A DNA stretch of 64,000 bases from Schizochytrium sp. TIO01. Lineage: Eukaryota; Protista; Bigyra: Labyrinthulomycetes. Position 1 is the stretch's first letter. Each line of letters opens with the position of its first letter. This document shows positions 54,297-64,000 of the stretch, piece after piece. The notes below the pieces were generated by a model. That model was given only the letters and a program-made list of their open reading frames with translations, made no database searches and was not told the origin of the DNA. A program made the translations under genes and the position numbers. The DNA lies in the NCBI GenBank assembly GCA_004764695.1, contig SMSO01000007.1:1309270-1373269 (forward strand). Direction: 5' to 3'.

Positions 54297-55856
54297 ATGG
54301 CGAGTTCGCGGCGAAGTAGCAGCGTCGCTGATGGCGAACCCAGTGGGAAGAGCTTTACCACTGAGGGTCTCTTTGATTACATCAATGAGTCAGCAGCAGC
54401 GTTAGCACGAGTTGTTTCTGAGCAAAGGCCAGGGGGCAAAAGTAAAGCGGACCATGGGGATAACGGTGCAAGCCATGCCCAGCGCATGTCTCTACGAGCC
54501 TCCATCCGGAATAGAGTATCAGGCCGACGCGTAGAGTATGAAACGCAAGTAGATGTTTTCCCAGTGGCCAAAAAGGTTGATACAAGCCCTAATTCGAAGC
54601 GAAGTAGTAGGCGACATTCTGATGGGTTATCTGCTCTCGACAGCCCTACCCATGATCACGCCAAAGATAATCATCGCAACTCTGCATATACATCATTCTG
54701 GGAAACTTTGAGGCCCCTTTTTCAGCGTTCTGACAGCAAGCCAGAGTCTAAAAGATCTTCTAAGGCTAGTGCAGAGAATAACCTTGACTTAGAGCTTGAG
54801 ATTGAACTTGTGAAGGAGGCGAGTGATGCTGGAGATGACACTACCTTTGATGAGTATGATCAAGAAGACGAATATGATGATGATGGGGAAAACAAAGATT
54901 CAGCGAATCGCAAGTCAGGTGCCTCTTCTTCTTCGTTTTGGCCTAACTCAAGGTCAACACAAAAACACAAAGCCCGGGGTCTTAGCGAAGCCGCTGCCAT
55001 GGCTGAGGTAGATCATGTTTACCCGCCCACACGAAAGAAGTTTGCATATAAAATACCTAGTCAAGAACGTAGGAATCGTGCTTCACAAGATCTTCAAAAT
55101 ATGCACCCCAGCACGGCAAAACTTTCAGCATCACAGGCATCGGCAGCAGCAGCAGCTGGCAAGGTATTGGTTTTGCGAGGGACAGATGGAGTTGCCTTTG
55201 GCGCAGCTGTCAAACGAAAGGTGCAACTTCGCGCAAACAATAGCAAATTACGCGGCCGCCAAAGCCGCCTTGCACGACCGAGTAACCCAACAGGGTTATC
55301 ATCCTCTGTCAGAAATCGACGGAGGACTTTAGTTACGGGTAACAGGCAACGTTCCAGAAGAAACAAGAAAAGCATGAAGCGAAAACCTAGTTTGCGCACT
55401 CCGGGGATCGGCCTCGCCATGCGTCCGAAATATATCTTCTTCTACTATGTGGCCCCACTGATTCTGCTAGGAATTAATGATATGGCGCCTTTATTTGAAC
55501 ATTTGTATTGGAAAGTCACACATCCAAATGTGGATTACAGACTAGAGTCCAGTACGCCAGTGGTGATTCCAATCTGGGTACGCTTGATTTTCCCAAGCCT
55601 TCAGCCTGGATCTGAAGTACTTAAACACACCATGCGATTTGGTTCGTATGTTTTTGAGTTTGGTGGTTTGCTTGTTATGCTGCAAATGCTACACCAACTA
55701 GTAACCTTGTTTCGTGCCGGTCGCGATATCTTTGAAGTCCATGCATCCGATTCTGACGATTCTGACGAAGAAACCGACTTTGAATCTGAAGATTTTGCAA
55801 ATGAGGAACCTGATTATACATTTCTATTTAAGTGGCAAGCTCCACGCTCCACCTGA
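54297..55856 (+). CDS. Hypothetical protein: long disordered acidic-then-basic region with about 2 C-terminal TM segments
   Basis: 519-aa ATG ORF. Hydrophobic YIFFYYVAPLILLGI and FGSYVFEFGGLLVMLQMLHQLV. No family recognised. Confidence 0.72.
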   Translation: MASSRRSSSVADGEPSGKSFTTEGLFDYINESAAALARVVSEQRPGGKSKADHGDNGASHAQRMSLRASIRNRVSGRRVEYETQVDVFPVAKKVDTSPNSKRSSRRHSDGLSALDSPTHDHAKDNHRNSAYTSFWETLRPLFQRSDSKPESKRSSKASAENNLDLELEIELVKEASDAGDDTTFDEYDQEDEYDDDGENKDSANRKSGASSSSFWPNSRSTQKHKARGLSEAAAMAEVDHVYPPTRKKFAYKIPSQERRNRASQDLQNMHPSTAKLSASQASAAAAAGKVLVLRGTDGVAFGAAVKRKVQLRANNSKLRGRQSRLARPSNPTGLSSSVRNRRRTLVTGNRQRSRRNKKSMKRKPSLRTPGIGLAMRPKYIFFYYVAPLILLGINDMAPLFEHLYWKVTHPNVDYRLESSTPVVIPIWVRLIFPSLQPGSEVLKHTMRFGSYVFEFGGLLVMLQMLHQLVTLFRAGRDIFEVHASDSDDSDEETDFESEDFANEEPDYTFLFKWQAPRST

Positions 55857-56599
55857 TTTTAATAATAATAAAAACTATATATATATACATTTTATGAATT
55901 GAGAACACCGATGCATCTTTTGCATACTTTCACTTTTCAGCTCGAGAGTAGATTTCGTGGGGGTATTACTAACAAACCCTTTCATTTTATTTGGAAATTT
56001 TATGTCGTCTCTCAATTTGATTGCTACAAAAAAATCAATTCGAACGCACTGATCGCAAGATTATTATGAGAGTTTGCATCAAGTGAAGTTTCGGATAGGG
56101 GTCGTGCAAATGACTTTAGCCTACAAATTGAATATCTGTGATTAGAACAACAAAACGGCCAAGGAAACGCCAATCGCAAACAAAACAAGACGGATACAAT
56201 TTTACGCTTTTTACTTGAATCTCTACTTTTAGGCTTGAAGAGGGTCAGATATTTTAATTAGATAACATTGATATGCACATTAAGTACTTCCTAGCGCCAA
56301 TAGAGAACAGTCAATAGACGAGTGAGGAGATAAACATGACTCAGTCTTATCTCTTCTACACTCATTGGTGGAAAAAATAATCCAACAAGATAAAGATGGA
56401 ATGTAGTCCCAGGTAGTACACAATTGTTCATCACGATATGGCTACAAGAGCATTAGAAGAGGGCACGAACACAGGCAGTTGACCGGCGAGAAATAGCACA
56501 TTACATGATCCATGTCTCAAAGAGACAGAAATGATATTCGTGAAAGGAGTTTTGGAGTGTAAGGCGGCATGAAGAATATACGCTCGTCTTAACTTAAAA

Positions 56600-59500
56600 C
56601 TAGGGTAAAAGACGAGCCGTATCGTCAATGTCATCTTCCTCTTGATCGATTTCCTTTGGTACATAGGAAGAATGAAGAGTATCGTTGGGCACAAGTGAAT
56701 TTGAGGAAGCAGGATCAACTGATAAGGTAAAGTCTTCCCTCAATCCATTTTTCTGAAAATCTGCTGACATAGACGCGTCTTGTGGAGATACGCCACCATT
56801 TATTGCTCGAGTCTCGTTCTCGTCTAATCTTGCAGATTCAGTTTGCTGAAAGACCATGTCATGGTTATTGAGACGCTCTGAGGGTTGCACAGGGTCATGC
56901 GTAGATCTAGACATACTACCAAAAGAAAACGTTCTACGCAAAGACCACTCACGAGGTCGAATAGACTCCCATAAGGAAACCAAGAAGGCTGCATACGAAA
57001 GGTCAGTAGGTTGAGGCGTACTGCCATCTTCAGTGGAGCCAAGAAGTTCAGGATCAAACAGAAACTTGGCGCGGCGTCGAAACTGTTCCTCAGTTACAAA
57101 AGGCTGATCAGCAAAACCTGCTCCAACAACCATACCTTCATCGTTGTAAGTGTCCACCATGTACACATACAGGGCATCAGATGCTGTGTAAATGAAGAGT
57201 GCAAAAAGAAGTAGCAGCTGGAGGACTGTGCCACGGATAACCTGTGTACCCGGCACAGCCATAGAGCTATCACTGTCAGAGACTACAGTGCAACCACGAG
57301 GGTGTCGACCTGCGGCCACAGGTAAAATCTCATTGCTCACGCACACATAAGAGGAGAAATAGCCGATTGTACCAATTTGAAAGAGTAAAATAGGAATTGG
57401 AAGATAACGAACTGCAGCGCGCCCGATCCGGCATCGCGGTACAGCATGACTCTTTTCACGGCCGTGAACGTAATTGAGCTGATACTCGTCAACACAAAGT
57501 TTAACAAAAAAGTAGATGATCCCAAAGGGAAGTATGATAGGAACTGACATAGAAAACACAACGACCAGCACAAGTACAGAGAGGAAGGTCGCATACTCTG
57601 TACCGAACTCAAATGTGGAAGATTTGTCTCGCAAGATTCTAGATGAACCATTGTTGTTTGCCCAAGGTCTCACGAAACGGCTTTGCATGACGCAACTCTG
57701 AAGAATCTCAGTAAAATCCACCAGCTGGAAAGCTGCACCTACCCATGTCTGTGTAATAATGTAGGTCAAGGTGAAAGCACCAGAAGTCACGACAAAGACC
57801 TGACCCAACAGTGCGAAGGGACTTGCATCTTTCGAGACGAGAGAACCCACAAAGCTTTCCAAGGACTTGAAGGCTAATGCAGGAATGAAGAGAGTGTTAA
57901 GCAGCAAGAAATAAAACATTTTCACCAAAGAGGAAATTTCCTGAGATGAATATGTATGATGGGGCTCCCACTGGCCCAAAGAAGATACGACAACCATCAG
58001 CGCGTCATTAACAATGACAAGAAATAATTGAGGGATGAACACGAAAATAAATCCGCCAAGTTCTGGATAATGTTCGATCATGCTTTCCATTTGCTCCATC
58101 CACCAATTCTCAATACTAAGCACATCATCATTTGAAGAAGACGAGGACTTTCCAATATGCGAAAGTAGACTTGTCGTGGTAGCTGGCATGGTTAACACAA
58201 TCAGCACTAAACCAATCAATAAATTGGCAAGTACCGTGCGAAGCCAATAGACACGAGGATCAAGATGCAAGGATTCCCAAATGAGGTCATGAGGATCAGG
58301 CGAAGGCACCACATCCCACTCACGAATTTTCGAGTTTTCGAATTCGGCTTCGAGACTCTCTGCCATTGTGATAACATCAACGGCTGAATTTCGGCGGGTT
58401 TCATACGGTCTTTTTAGATGGGGTTGCGATGCTTGCTCCAATACCGCCATATCTGGTGTTGATGATGTTTTCCGAATTCCGCGGCGCGTCAATCGTTTTG
58501 AAGGCTTTTCAGAGCCCGGTGCATCCATTCGAATTTTTGATTCAATAGCCCGGGAAATTGCTTTCTCTCTCTCCACCGGATCTGAAAAGGCAAACGCCAA
58601 TTCTGAAGATGAGAAGGTAACAAGACAGCGACCAGCATGGCGTGCTTGCAATGTCTGCCCAAGTCGTCTGAGTTCAAGCAGCTCACGCTCCAGATCTGCA
58701 ACTAGATCATATCCTCGAATCGTAGGTGAGTTGGTGAAGACTCCGGCCGGGTTAATTAAAAGATTGGCATTTTCCTCTAGGCTGTCAATTTCGTCATCAT
58801 TTTCGTGATCGGGGTAATCATCTATACTAAAGTTGTGACACTCAGGACCGCCTCGATGCGCACTTCCCCATGATCTCTGAGTCAGCGAGGTTGTCGAAGA
58901 GCGCGGTGAGGAGTGAGGAGTTGACACATCTAATCCACTCTCTAAATCTTCAACTTTAATCTTGTTTGTAGGACGACCACGTCGGGCATGAGGAGACGGC
59001 GAGGGTGTTCTAGAACGTGAACCTCCAGTGAGAGCCTCCGCATCTCGCTTTGTCTTTTTTGCAGCTTTCACTGTTGCGACAGCAGCACGCAAAGCAGCTT
59101 CAGCTTGAGGATGGTTTCGTACTTTAGAAAGAGATGCAAACTTGCGCAACGTCTTCAGATCCTGCTCAATTTGATACACGCGCTGTTCAATGCGCGAAGC
59201 TTCCGAATTGTCTACAATGATGGTAACATTAGACACCTGGCCAGGATACAAAAGTTCCAACAAGCGCTTTGTTTCTGTCTCAGTAAGATATTCTGGGAAG
59301 CAGTCCTTCACGAATACAGAGGCATCCCACATATCTACAGACCGTGCACCAATTACACCATGCTTCCATGACCACTGTACATGCTGCCGGCAGCGACTAA
59401 CGTATCGGAAATAGATCATCGAAAAAACAAACATGCAAATTGTATGGACCCACAGGAGTGGTGAATGTTTTCGCAAGTGCTGAATGGTTGATCTTGTAAA

Positions 59501-59980
59501 GTCCAAACTCACTTTAGCATCGCCGGCATTGAGATGAAGTGGTAAAAGAATTGAGCAACCGATGACTGACATCATTGTCACTAACACAACAGTTTCTCGA
59601 TGAAGAGCAAGGTAAAGTGCAGCTTCACTTCCCAGATTCTCCAGATCCTCTCCACGACAATGCCGCAGCCTCACCATATTAAGAAAGGCAGCTCGAATTT
59701 GTGAACCGGCGAGCTCCAAGCCAGCGCGAAGACGAGCCGGGAATGTTGCATGATGTTGAACTGCTTTACGGTAAAAGGAGACAGCTGTCACCAGTGCAAC
59801 TGGGAAAAAGACAAGAGCACAGAAAACGCAAACGAGACCAATGGAAGTCCACCCTTCGGGAGGTTCAAATGCATGCGAGTGTTGCAAGTTAGACTTGCTT
59901 GCATCAATAGCTAAGGTCTGAGTAGCTGTGCCTTTGCCCTGTATTGTTTGAGATGACCACGACACCTTCACCAATGTCAT
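56600..59980 (-). CDS. OSCA/TMEM63 (CSC1) mechano/osmo-sensitive cation channel
   Basis: EAALYL, ILLPL, LWVH, PSPDPHDLIWESL, KMFYFLLLN, FEFGTEYA, PIILPFGIIYF..K..VDEYQL.YV; about 11 TM. The true start is probably upstream (see finding). Confidence 0.9.
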   Translation of the reverse strand: MTLVKVSWSSQTIQGKGTATQTLAIDASKSNLQHSHAFEPPEGWTSIGLVCVFCALVFFPVALVTAVSFYRKAVQHHATFPARLRAGLELAGSQIRAAFLNMVRLRHCRGEDLENLGSEAALYLALHRETVVLVTMMSVIGCSILLPLHLNAGDAKVSLDFTRSTIQHLRKHSPLLWVHTICMFVFSMIYFRYVSRCRQHVQWSWKHGVIGARSVDMWDASVFVKDCFPEYLTETETKRLLELLYPGQVSNVTIIVDNSEASRIEQRVYQIEQDLKTLRKFASLSKVRNHPQAEAALRAAVATVKAAKKTKRDAEALTGGSRSRTPSPSPHARRGRPTNKIKVEDLESGLDVSTPHSSPRSSTTSLTQRSWGSAHRGGPECHNFSIDDYPDHENDDEIDSLEENANLLINPAGVFTNSPTIRGYDLVADLERELLELRRLGQTLQARHAGRCLVTFSSSELAFAFSDPVEREKAISRAIESKIRMDAPGSEKPSKRLTRRGIRKTSSTPDMAVLEQASQPHLKRPYETRRNSAVDVITMAESLEAEFENSKIREWDVVPSPDPHDLIWESLHLDPRVYWLRTVLANLLIGLVLIVLTMPATTTSLLSHIGKSSSSSNDDVLSIENWWMEQMESMIEHYPELGGFIFVFIPQLFLVIVNDALMVVVSSLGQWEPHHTYSSQEISSLVKMFYFLLLNTLFIPALAFKSLESFVGSLVSKDASPFALLGQVFVVTSGAFTLTYIITQTWVGAAFQLVDFTEILQSCVMQSRFVRPWANNNGSSRILRDKSSTFEFGTEYATFLSVLVLVVVFSMSVPIILPFGIIYFFVKLCVDEYQLNYVHGREKSHAVPRCRIGRAAVRYLPIPILLFQIGTIGYFSSYVCVSNEILPVAAGRHPRGCTVVSDSDSSMAVPGTQVIRGTVLQLLLLFALFIYTASDALYVYMVDTYNDEGMVVGAGFADQPFVTEEQFRRRAKFLFDPELLGSTEDGSTPQPTDLSYAAFLVSLWESIRPREWSLRRTFSFGSMSRSTHDPVQPSERLNNHDMVFQQTESARLDENETRAINGGVSPQDASMSADFQKNGLREDFTLSVDPASSNSLVPNDTLHSSYVPKEIDQEEDDIDDTARLLP

Positions 59981-61454
59981 TACTTGCAGTAGGTGCGAGT
60001 GTCAAAGCTGCAGCGGTCTGAGCAATTTGTTGTATAGTTTGCACGATTGTCGGGGGCACCATTGTAGTGGGTGAGGGTGCATCAACCGGTGGGTAGGAAA
60101 CCGAGAAAGACGGGGGATGTACAGCACCTCCTGGTATGGTCGGATACAAAGGAGGATTTGAGATACCTGAGTTGTCTCCACCCGGGTTTGTTTCCCAGGG
60201 CGTGTTTGGGTTCAGGGGCTCTGGTGCCTTACTATTATCAGAAGAACTGGGGAGTGGTTGACTAGAGACAGTTGGACTGATCACCGTTGGGACTTGCTCC
60301 TGTGGTGATGGCGCTAGAGGCGTTGAAGTACCCACGGGGTCTACAGATCCGCCCGCTCCTGGCGTATCCACATTAGGCATGACAGGGTGTGGGACAGCCT
60401 GGGGATCAGGTTCTGCCAGTGAAGGAGGATTTGTGAAAACAGGCTCAGTTAAAGAAGGAGGAGGAGCTGGCACAGCATTTTCCTGTGGGTGTGAAGGCAT
60501 AGCTGGCTGTTGCGGTGTCTCCGCGACTGGGCTTGATGGAGCATTTAATCCTGGTAAAGTACTGGGTGGCTCTGGAGCGCCAGTCGCCAGCGATGGTGGT
60601 AAAGTGGGCTGCAGAGAAGCCTTTGGGGTGGGCGGAACGGTCGGCGATGACCCTTGACCAATCTTCACACTGGTAACATACTCCGGAGCTTGTTTCGGAG
60701 GCGTTGTTGATTGTTGTATTGGTTGAGCTGATTGTACTGGCTGGGCTGCCACTCCTGGAACCGTGCTGCCTTCTGGAGTTTGCGGATTTGTCGTTATCGA
60801 ACTCGCTGTCTGTGTCGCATATGGTGTAGCTACTGCGGTTTCGCCCTCCGATGCGTTTGGAAGTACATTTTGCGCATTTGTAGTCCCAGGAACCGCCTGC
60901 TGCGGACTGATAGCATTCTGGGTTTGCAGCAGTGGTTGCTGATTCTGATCTTGGTCTTGTTGCGCATTCTGAGGGGGGTGTCCATCTTGGCCTACACCGA
61001 GGTTTTCTGCTTCGACCAAGGCCTGTGTCGTTGGATTCGGAGTGGATACTACGTTCAAATGCACTTCATTACTGGCTCCAGTTTCTGCATTTCTTTGGCC
61101 ATCACTCGCCGTCGACGCCGAGGTCTTCAAGGGGCCCTCTTCGGTGTGAGCATCGGTATCGTCTACAGGTCCGCCTAGATCTCCATCACGGCTAGGCTCG
61201 TGGTTTTCTGCGGCGTGTTGCTGCGACTCGTTGTCGAGGTCGTGGAGTGGTTGACTGTCGGTGCCAGCTGGGTCCTTTTCAACGCTTTCAGGGTTAGTCC
61301 CCACCTTGTTTCCGCGTGTCGCCTCTCCCTGCTCGCTGGGGTGTTGCGGGTCTGCCCTATTCTTATCCCGAGTTGCGTCATCATCGTCCTCCGGCCGCAA
61401 GGTTGTTTCCTCCGCCCCTTGTCCATGTTCATCTTGTCGTATGGCCGCCTCCAT
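59904..61454 (-). CDS. Pro/Thr/Ser/Gln-rich disordered ORF, probably the N-terminal part of the OSCA gene
   Basis: 516-aa ORF with ACCATGG start context; overlaps the OSCA ORF by 77 nt in a different frame on the same strand. Confidence 0.7.
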   Translation of the reverse strand: MEAAIRQDEHGQGAEETTLRPEDDDDATRDKNRADPQHPSEQGEATRGNKVGTNPESVEKDPAGTDSQPLHDLDNESQQHAAENHEPSRDGDLGGPVDDTDAHTEEGPLKTSASTASDGQRNAETGASNEVHLNVVSTPNPTTQALVEAENLGVGQDGHPPQNAQQDQDQNQQPLLQTQNAISPQQAVPGTTNAQNVLPNASEGETAVATPYATQTASSITTNPQTPEGSTVPGVAAQPVQSAQPIQQSTTPPKQAPEYVTSVKIGQGSSPTVPPTPKASLQPTLPPSLATGAPEPPSTLPGLNAPSSPVAETPQQPAMPSHPQENAVPAPPPSLTEPVFTNPPSLAEPDPQAVPHPVMPNVDTPGAGGSVDPVGTSTPLAPSPQEQVPTVISPTVSSQPLPSSSDNSKAPEPLNPNTPWETNPGGDNSGISNPPLYPTIPGGAVHPPSFSVSYPPVDAPSPTTMVPPTIVQTIQQIAQTAAALTLAPTASNDIGEGVVVISNNTGQRHSYSDLSY

Positions 61455-61666
61455 GGTCCCTTAATCGCTTTCTGTGCGGGATCTCTCCCTGCAATGTTGC
61501 CCACGACAGGGACCTCCGCGGCTTGTGCAAGGCAAGGCGGCTTAACCGACCCTCTCGCTTCCCACCACACAGGTCTTTGCCTTCGAGGCCAGCTGTCTGT
61601 CCAGCTGTAGAGCGACTTCGCCTCAGTCCTCGACTCCACTTCGACTTTGACTCAGTCTTTAGGTCT

Positions 61667-61807
61667 TTGTCTTCTTTTCCTTTTCTCTTTCTTTTTCTCT
61701 TTCTCTTTCTCTTTCTTTTCCTTTTTCGATTAAAGTTACACTCTCTTTGTTCTCTCCTTCAAGTTCTTTCTTTTTTTTCTTTTTTTTCCTTTTTTTTCTT
61801 TTTTTTG
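61667..61807. repeat. Low-complexity C/T (polypyrimidine) tract
   Basis: Read directly. Confidence 0.8.
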
Positions 61808-64000
61808 TTTGAAGATCATTGAACGATGAATTCGACTTTCGTTCTCAACTTTTGGATTGGATTGTGTGGCTTCGAGAGACTCAAGAAAGAAATCGAGGGA
61901 TGAAAATTGCAAAAAACGACGCCGCTTGGGAAGTCCCTCTGCTTCGCGTTTCCAGAGCTGGGTTCGGAAGGTGATCGCGTTTGCTTCGCTTTGCTTATCC
62001 ACGGGCGTTTCTGTCAAAGCATGCATGTGTGATCTTTTATTGGCTTATTCGGCGAAACCCACAAAAACAACAAAACTTTATTATTTGATGAACGAACTGC
62101 CAAAATTAATTGGCGAAGTTTTTTGACGCAATGCGAAGATGAACGAATATCGTTATATATCTACGTACATCATACTTGGTTACCTTCTGTTACACGAAAC
62201 GTTTGGTCAGCTTTGGCTGTGCCGTGAACCTATTTGTGTAGGCATGTACGTAGGAGCCTTTGTTTTGGCGGCTCTGCGAGTGTATACGACGCCAATTGGT
62301 GAATGATGGCCACGTCGTCGTCTTTAAGGACTTCGCCATGACGAGCGACCCATTGGCCGGAATCGAACTCTTCTGAGAGCTTCCCTTCCACCTGCAATAA
62401 CAATCTCGTTCACATGCACCTTTTGAGGGCCGTTCTTGAAGAAGAACTTACTTTTGCATACGCTCTTGAGGGTATGGTATGCAGACGGTGCAGGAACGTC
62501 ATTCATATGAGCTTTCACTTGAGCTCCACGTGTCCGGGCACGTAGATAGATATATCGTGGGTTCTTGCTTTGTCACGCAGTAGGACTTTTTGATTGGACT
62601 TTGATTGTTGATTGACTGACAGGTAGCATTTGACCATAGAAGGAAGTGCGATCAACAATCGATCAATCCATCAACCAATCAATCAATTCATCCATCGATA
62701 CGTCGATAACGTCGATAGTGCGTTGGGCGTCAAGGCGGCAACGCTCAGCGGACTTGAAGAAGGTCAGTTCGTCTATTTATGTAGATCGTACTCATGAAGG
62801 TGGTCGCCAGCGAAACTTTTGAGGCGAGCAACGGTATATCAGCCTTGCTAGTGTGCATCTTGGAAAGGGAGTTCGTCTTGATTGGAATTCTCGTTCATGA
62901 ATCGGGGGTCAGTTTCGACATGGACATGGAAACGAAGGGTACAAGCTCAAGCCAAACAATCACCCATTCATTGCATTGGGTAGTTACTACCTATGATGTA
63001 CCAAACCGCGACAGGTTTACAGAGGCATTCTAGCTCTAGAGAAAAGACAAATAAGTTGAATTTATTTTGCCTTGGAGTTTTAGGAATGTGTCTCAGGGCA
63101 TACTGATACAGAATCGCGCATAACCAACGCCCTGCCGATGTCCTTGGCGATACATCACAAGCGGGCAAGCCGTGTTGCTCGATTTGAGAGCAATACAATC
63201 TTTTCTCTATGGAGCATGTCGAACAGTGCATTACCTGTCACCAGGAGTGCGATGTATATTGGATACCGGACTAAATACCCGGTCCTGACAGGCGCCATTC
63301 GTGGTATAATTTCATCGACACGTGTGCTGTAAAACCCAATCACATGAGCAAGAGCAAGTTCTGCTGTTACTTCAGCTCGATACATAAGCGTGGCGTATCT
63401 CAGATGAGACTGCTGGAGACGCCTTGATACCACCTCTCTTTTGGATTCTGGAGCCACTTGGTTCTGAATAACGCAAGATCAATATAATCTGTTCGACACA
63501 GCTATGCAACAAATCCCTACTCTCTAACTTTGCTCGGCCGGCTTTGCATTTTGATTTCAACGCGAGTAGGTACAATCGGTGCATATACACGTACCTACTT
63601 AGCTAGACTTCCCTTCACATTTTGGATGGCTATTGCCTAAAACTCCACAATACGTGCAATCAAGAAGGTTTCGCAGCACCCATTTTCGTTTTTATTGTAA
63701 CAAGAGAATCATGGTGTCTATGTTCGCTGGTTGACCAGCACCGTTGTATATACGATGCCGCAAATCCTGATCCATCATCATGAAGACTGACACGGAGTTT
63801 TCTGGGGCGCATTCTTAGGGTTTATTAAGTAGGTCTTATTGGCAGTACTTTCTCACACTTTAAAGAGAAAGGAAATGACATTGACATTGACGATGACAAT
63901 GAATTGCAAGGCAAACCTTGTACGTCGCCTCACCGGTCTGGCTCGCTCGAAAACAGAATACCTGGGGGTTCATATAGGCGAGGCTGAGGCAAACAAGCTT

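Noticed and set aside
61175-61639. 154-aa ORF as a further frameshifted N-terminal part of the OSCA gene
   Set aside because: GTG start and no hydrophobic leader, while ATG 61454 already has a strong ACCATGG context.
62324-63590. Short ORFs near the window end
   Set aside because: No recognisable domain; cannot be told apart from chance ORFs.
1-64000. Many antisense ORFs inside the major genes; search for tRNA, rRNA, transposase or RT
   Set aside because: The antisense ORFs are shadows of codon bias; no RNA-gene or mobile-element signature was recognised by eye.

Overview
This is a eukaryotic, intron-poor, gene-dense window of about 45% GC with microsatellite-rich intergenic DNA. The style suggests a stramenopile, probably a thraustochytrid (inference). 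About 19 protein-coding loci are supported. From left to right: a secreted phage-tail-fibre-like protein with a C-terminal S74 autochaperone; prolidase; a tail-anchored coiled-coil protein; a membrane-anchored TTL-family ATP-grasp ligase; a membrane-tethered S1 protease; a spliced PHO88/SND3-ankyrin fusion; a degenerate atypical-E2F (DEL/E2F7/8)-like protein lying head-to-head with a class I HDAC that has lost its Zn ligands and catalytic Tyr; a small membrane protein; an LSMT-type SET methyltransferase; a tandem (Kelch-BTB)x2 protein; two YeeE/YedE sulfur-transporter paralogues; a LarA-family (nickel-pincer) epimerase; LipB; a COMM-domain protein; an unknown protein; and an OSCA/TMEM63 channel probably joined to an upstream Pro/Thr-rich ORF. 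No rRNA, tRNA, CRISPR or intact transposon was recognised. The best candidates for new biology are (1) the divergent pseudo-HDAC plus pseudo-E2F pair, (2) the glycosylated tail-fibre/S74 protein and (3) the YeeE-YeeE-LarA-LipB sulfur-cofactor neighbourhood. All family assignments come from motif recognition by eye, with no database searches.
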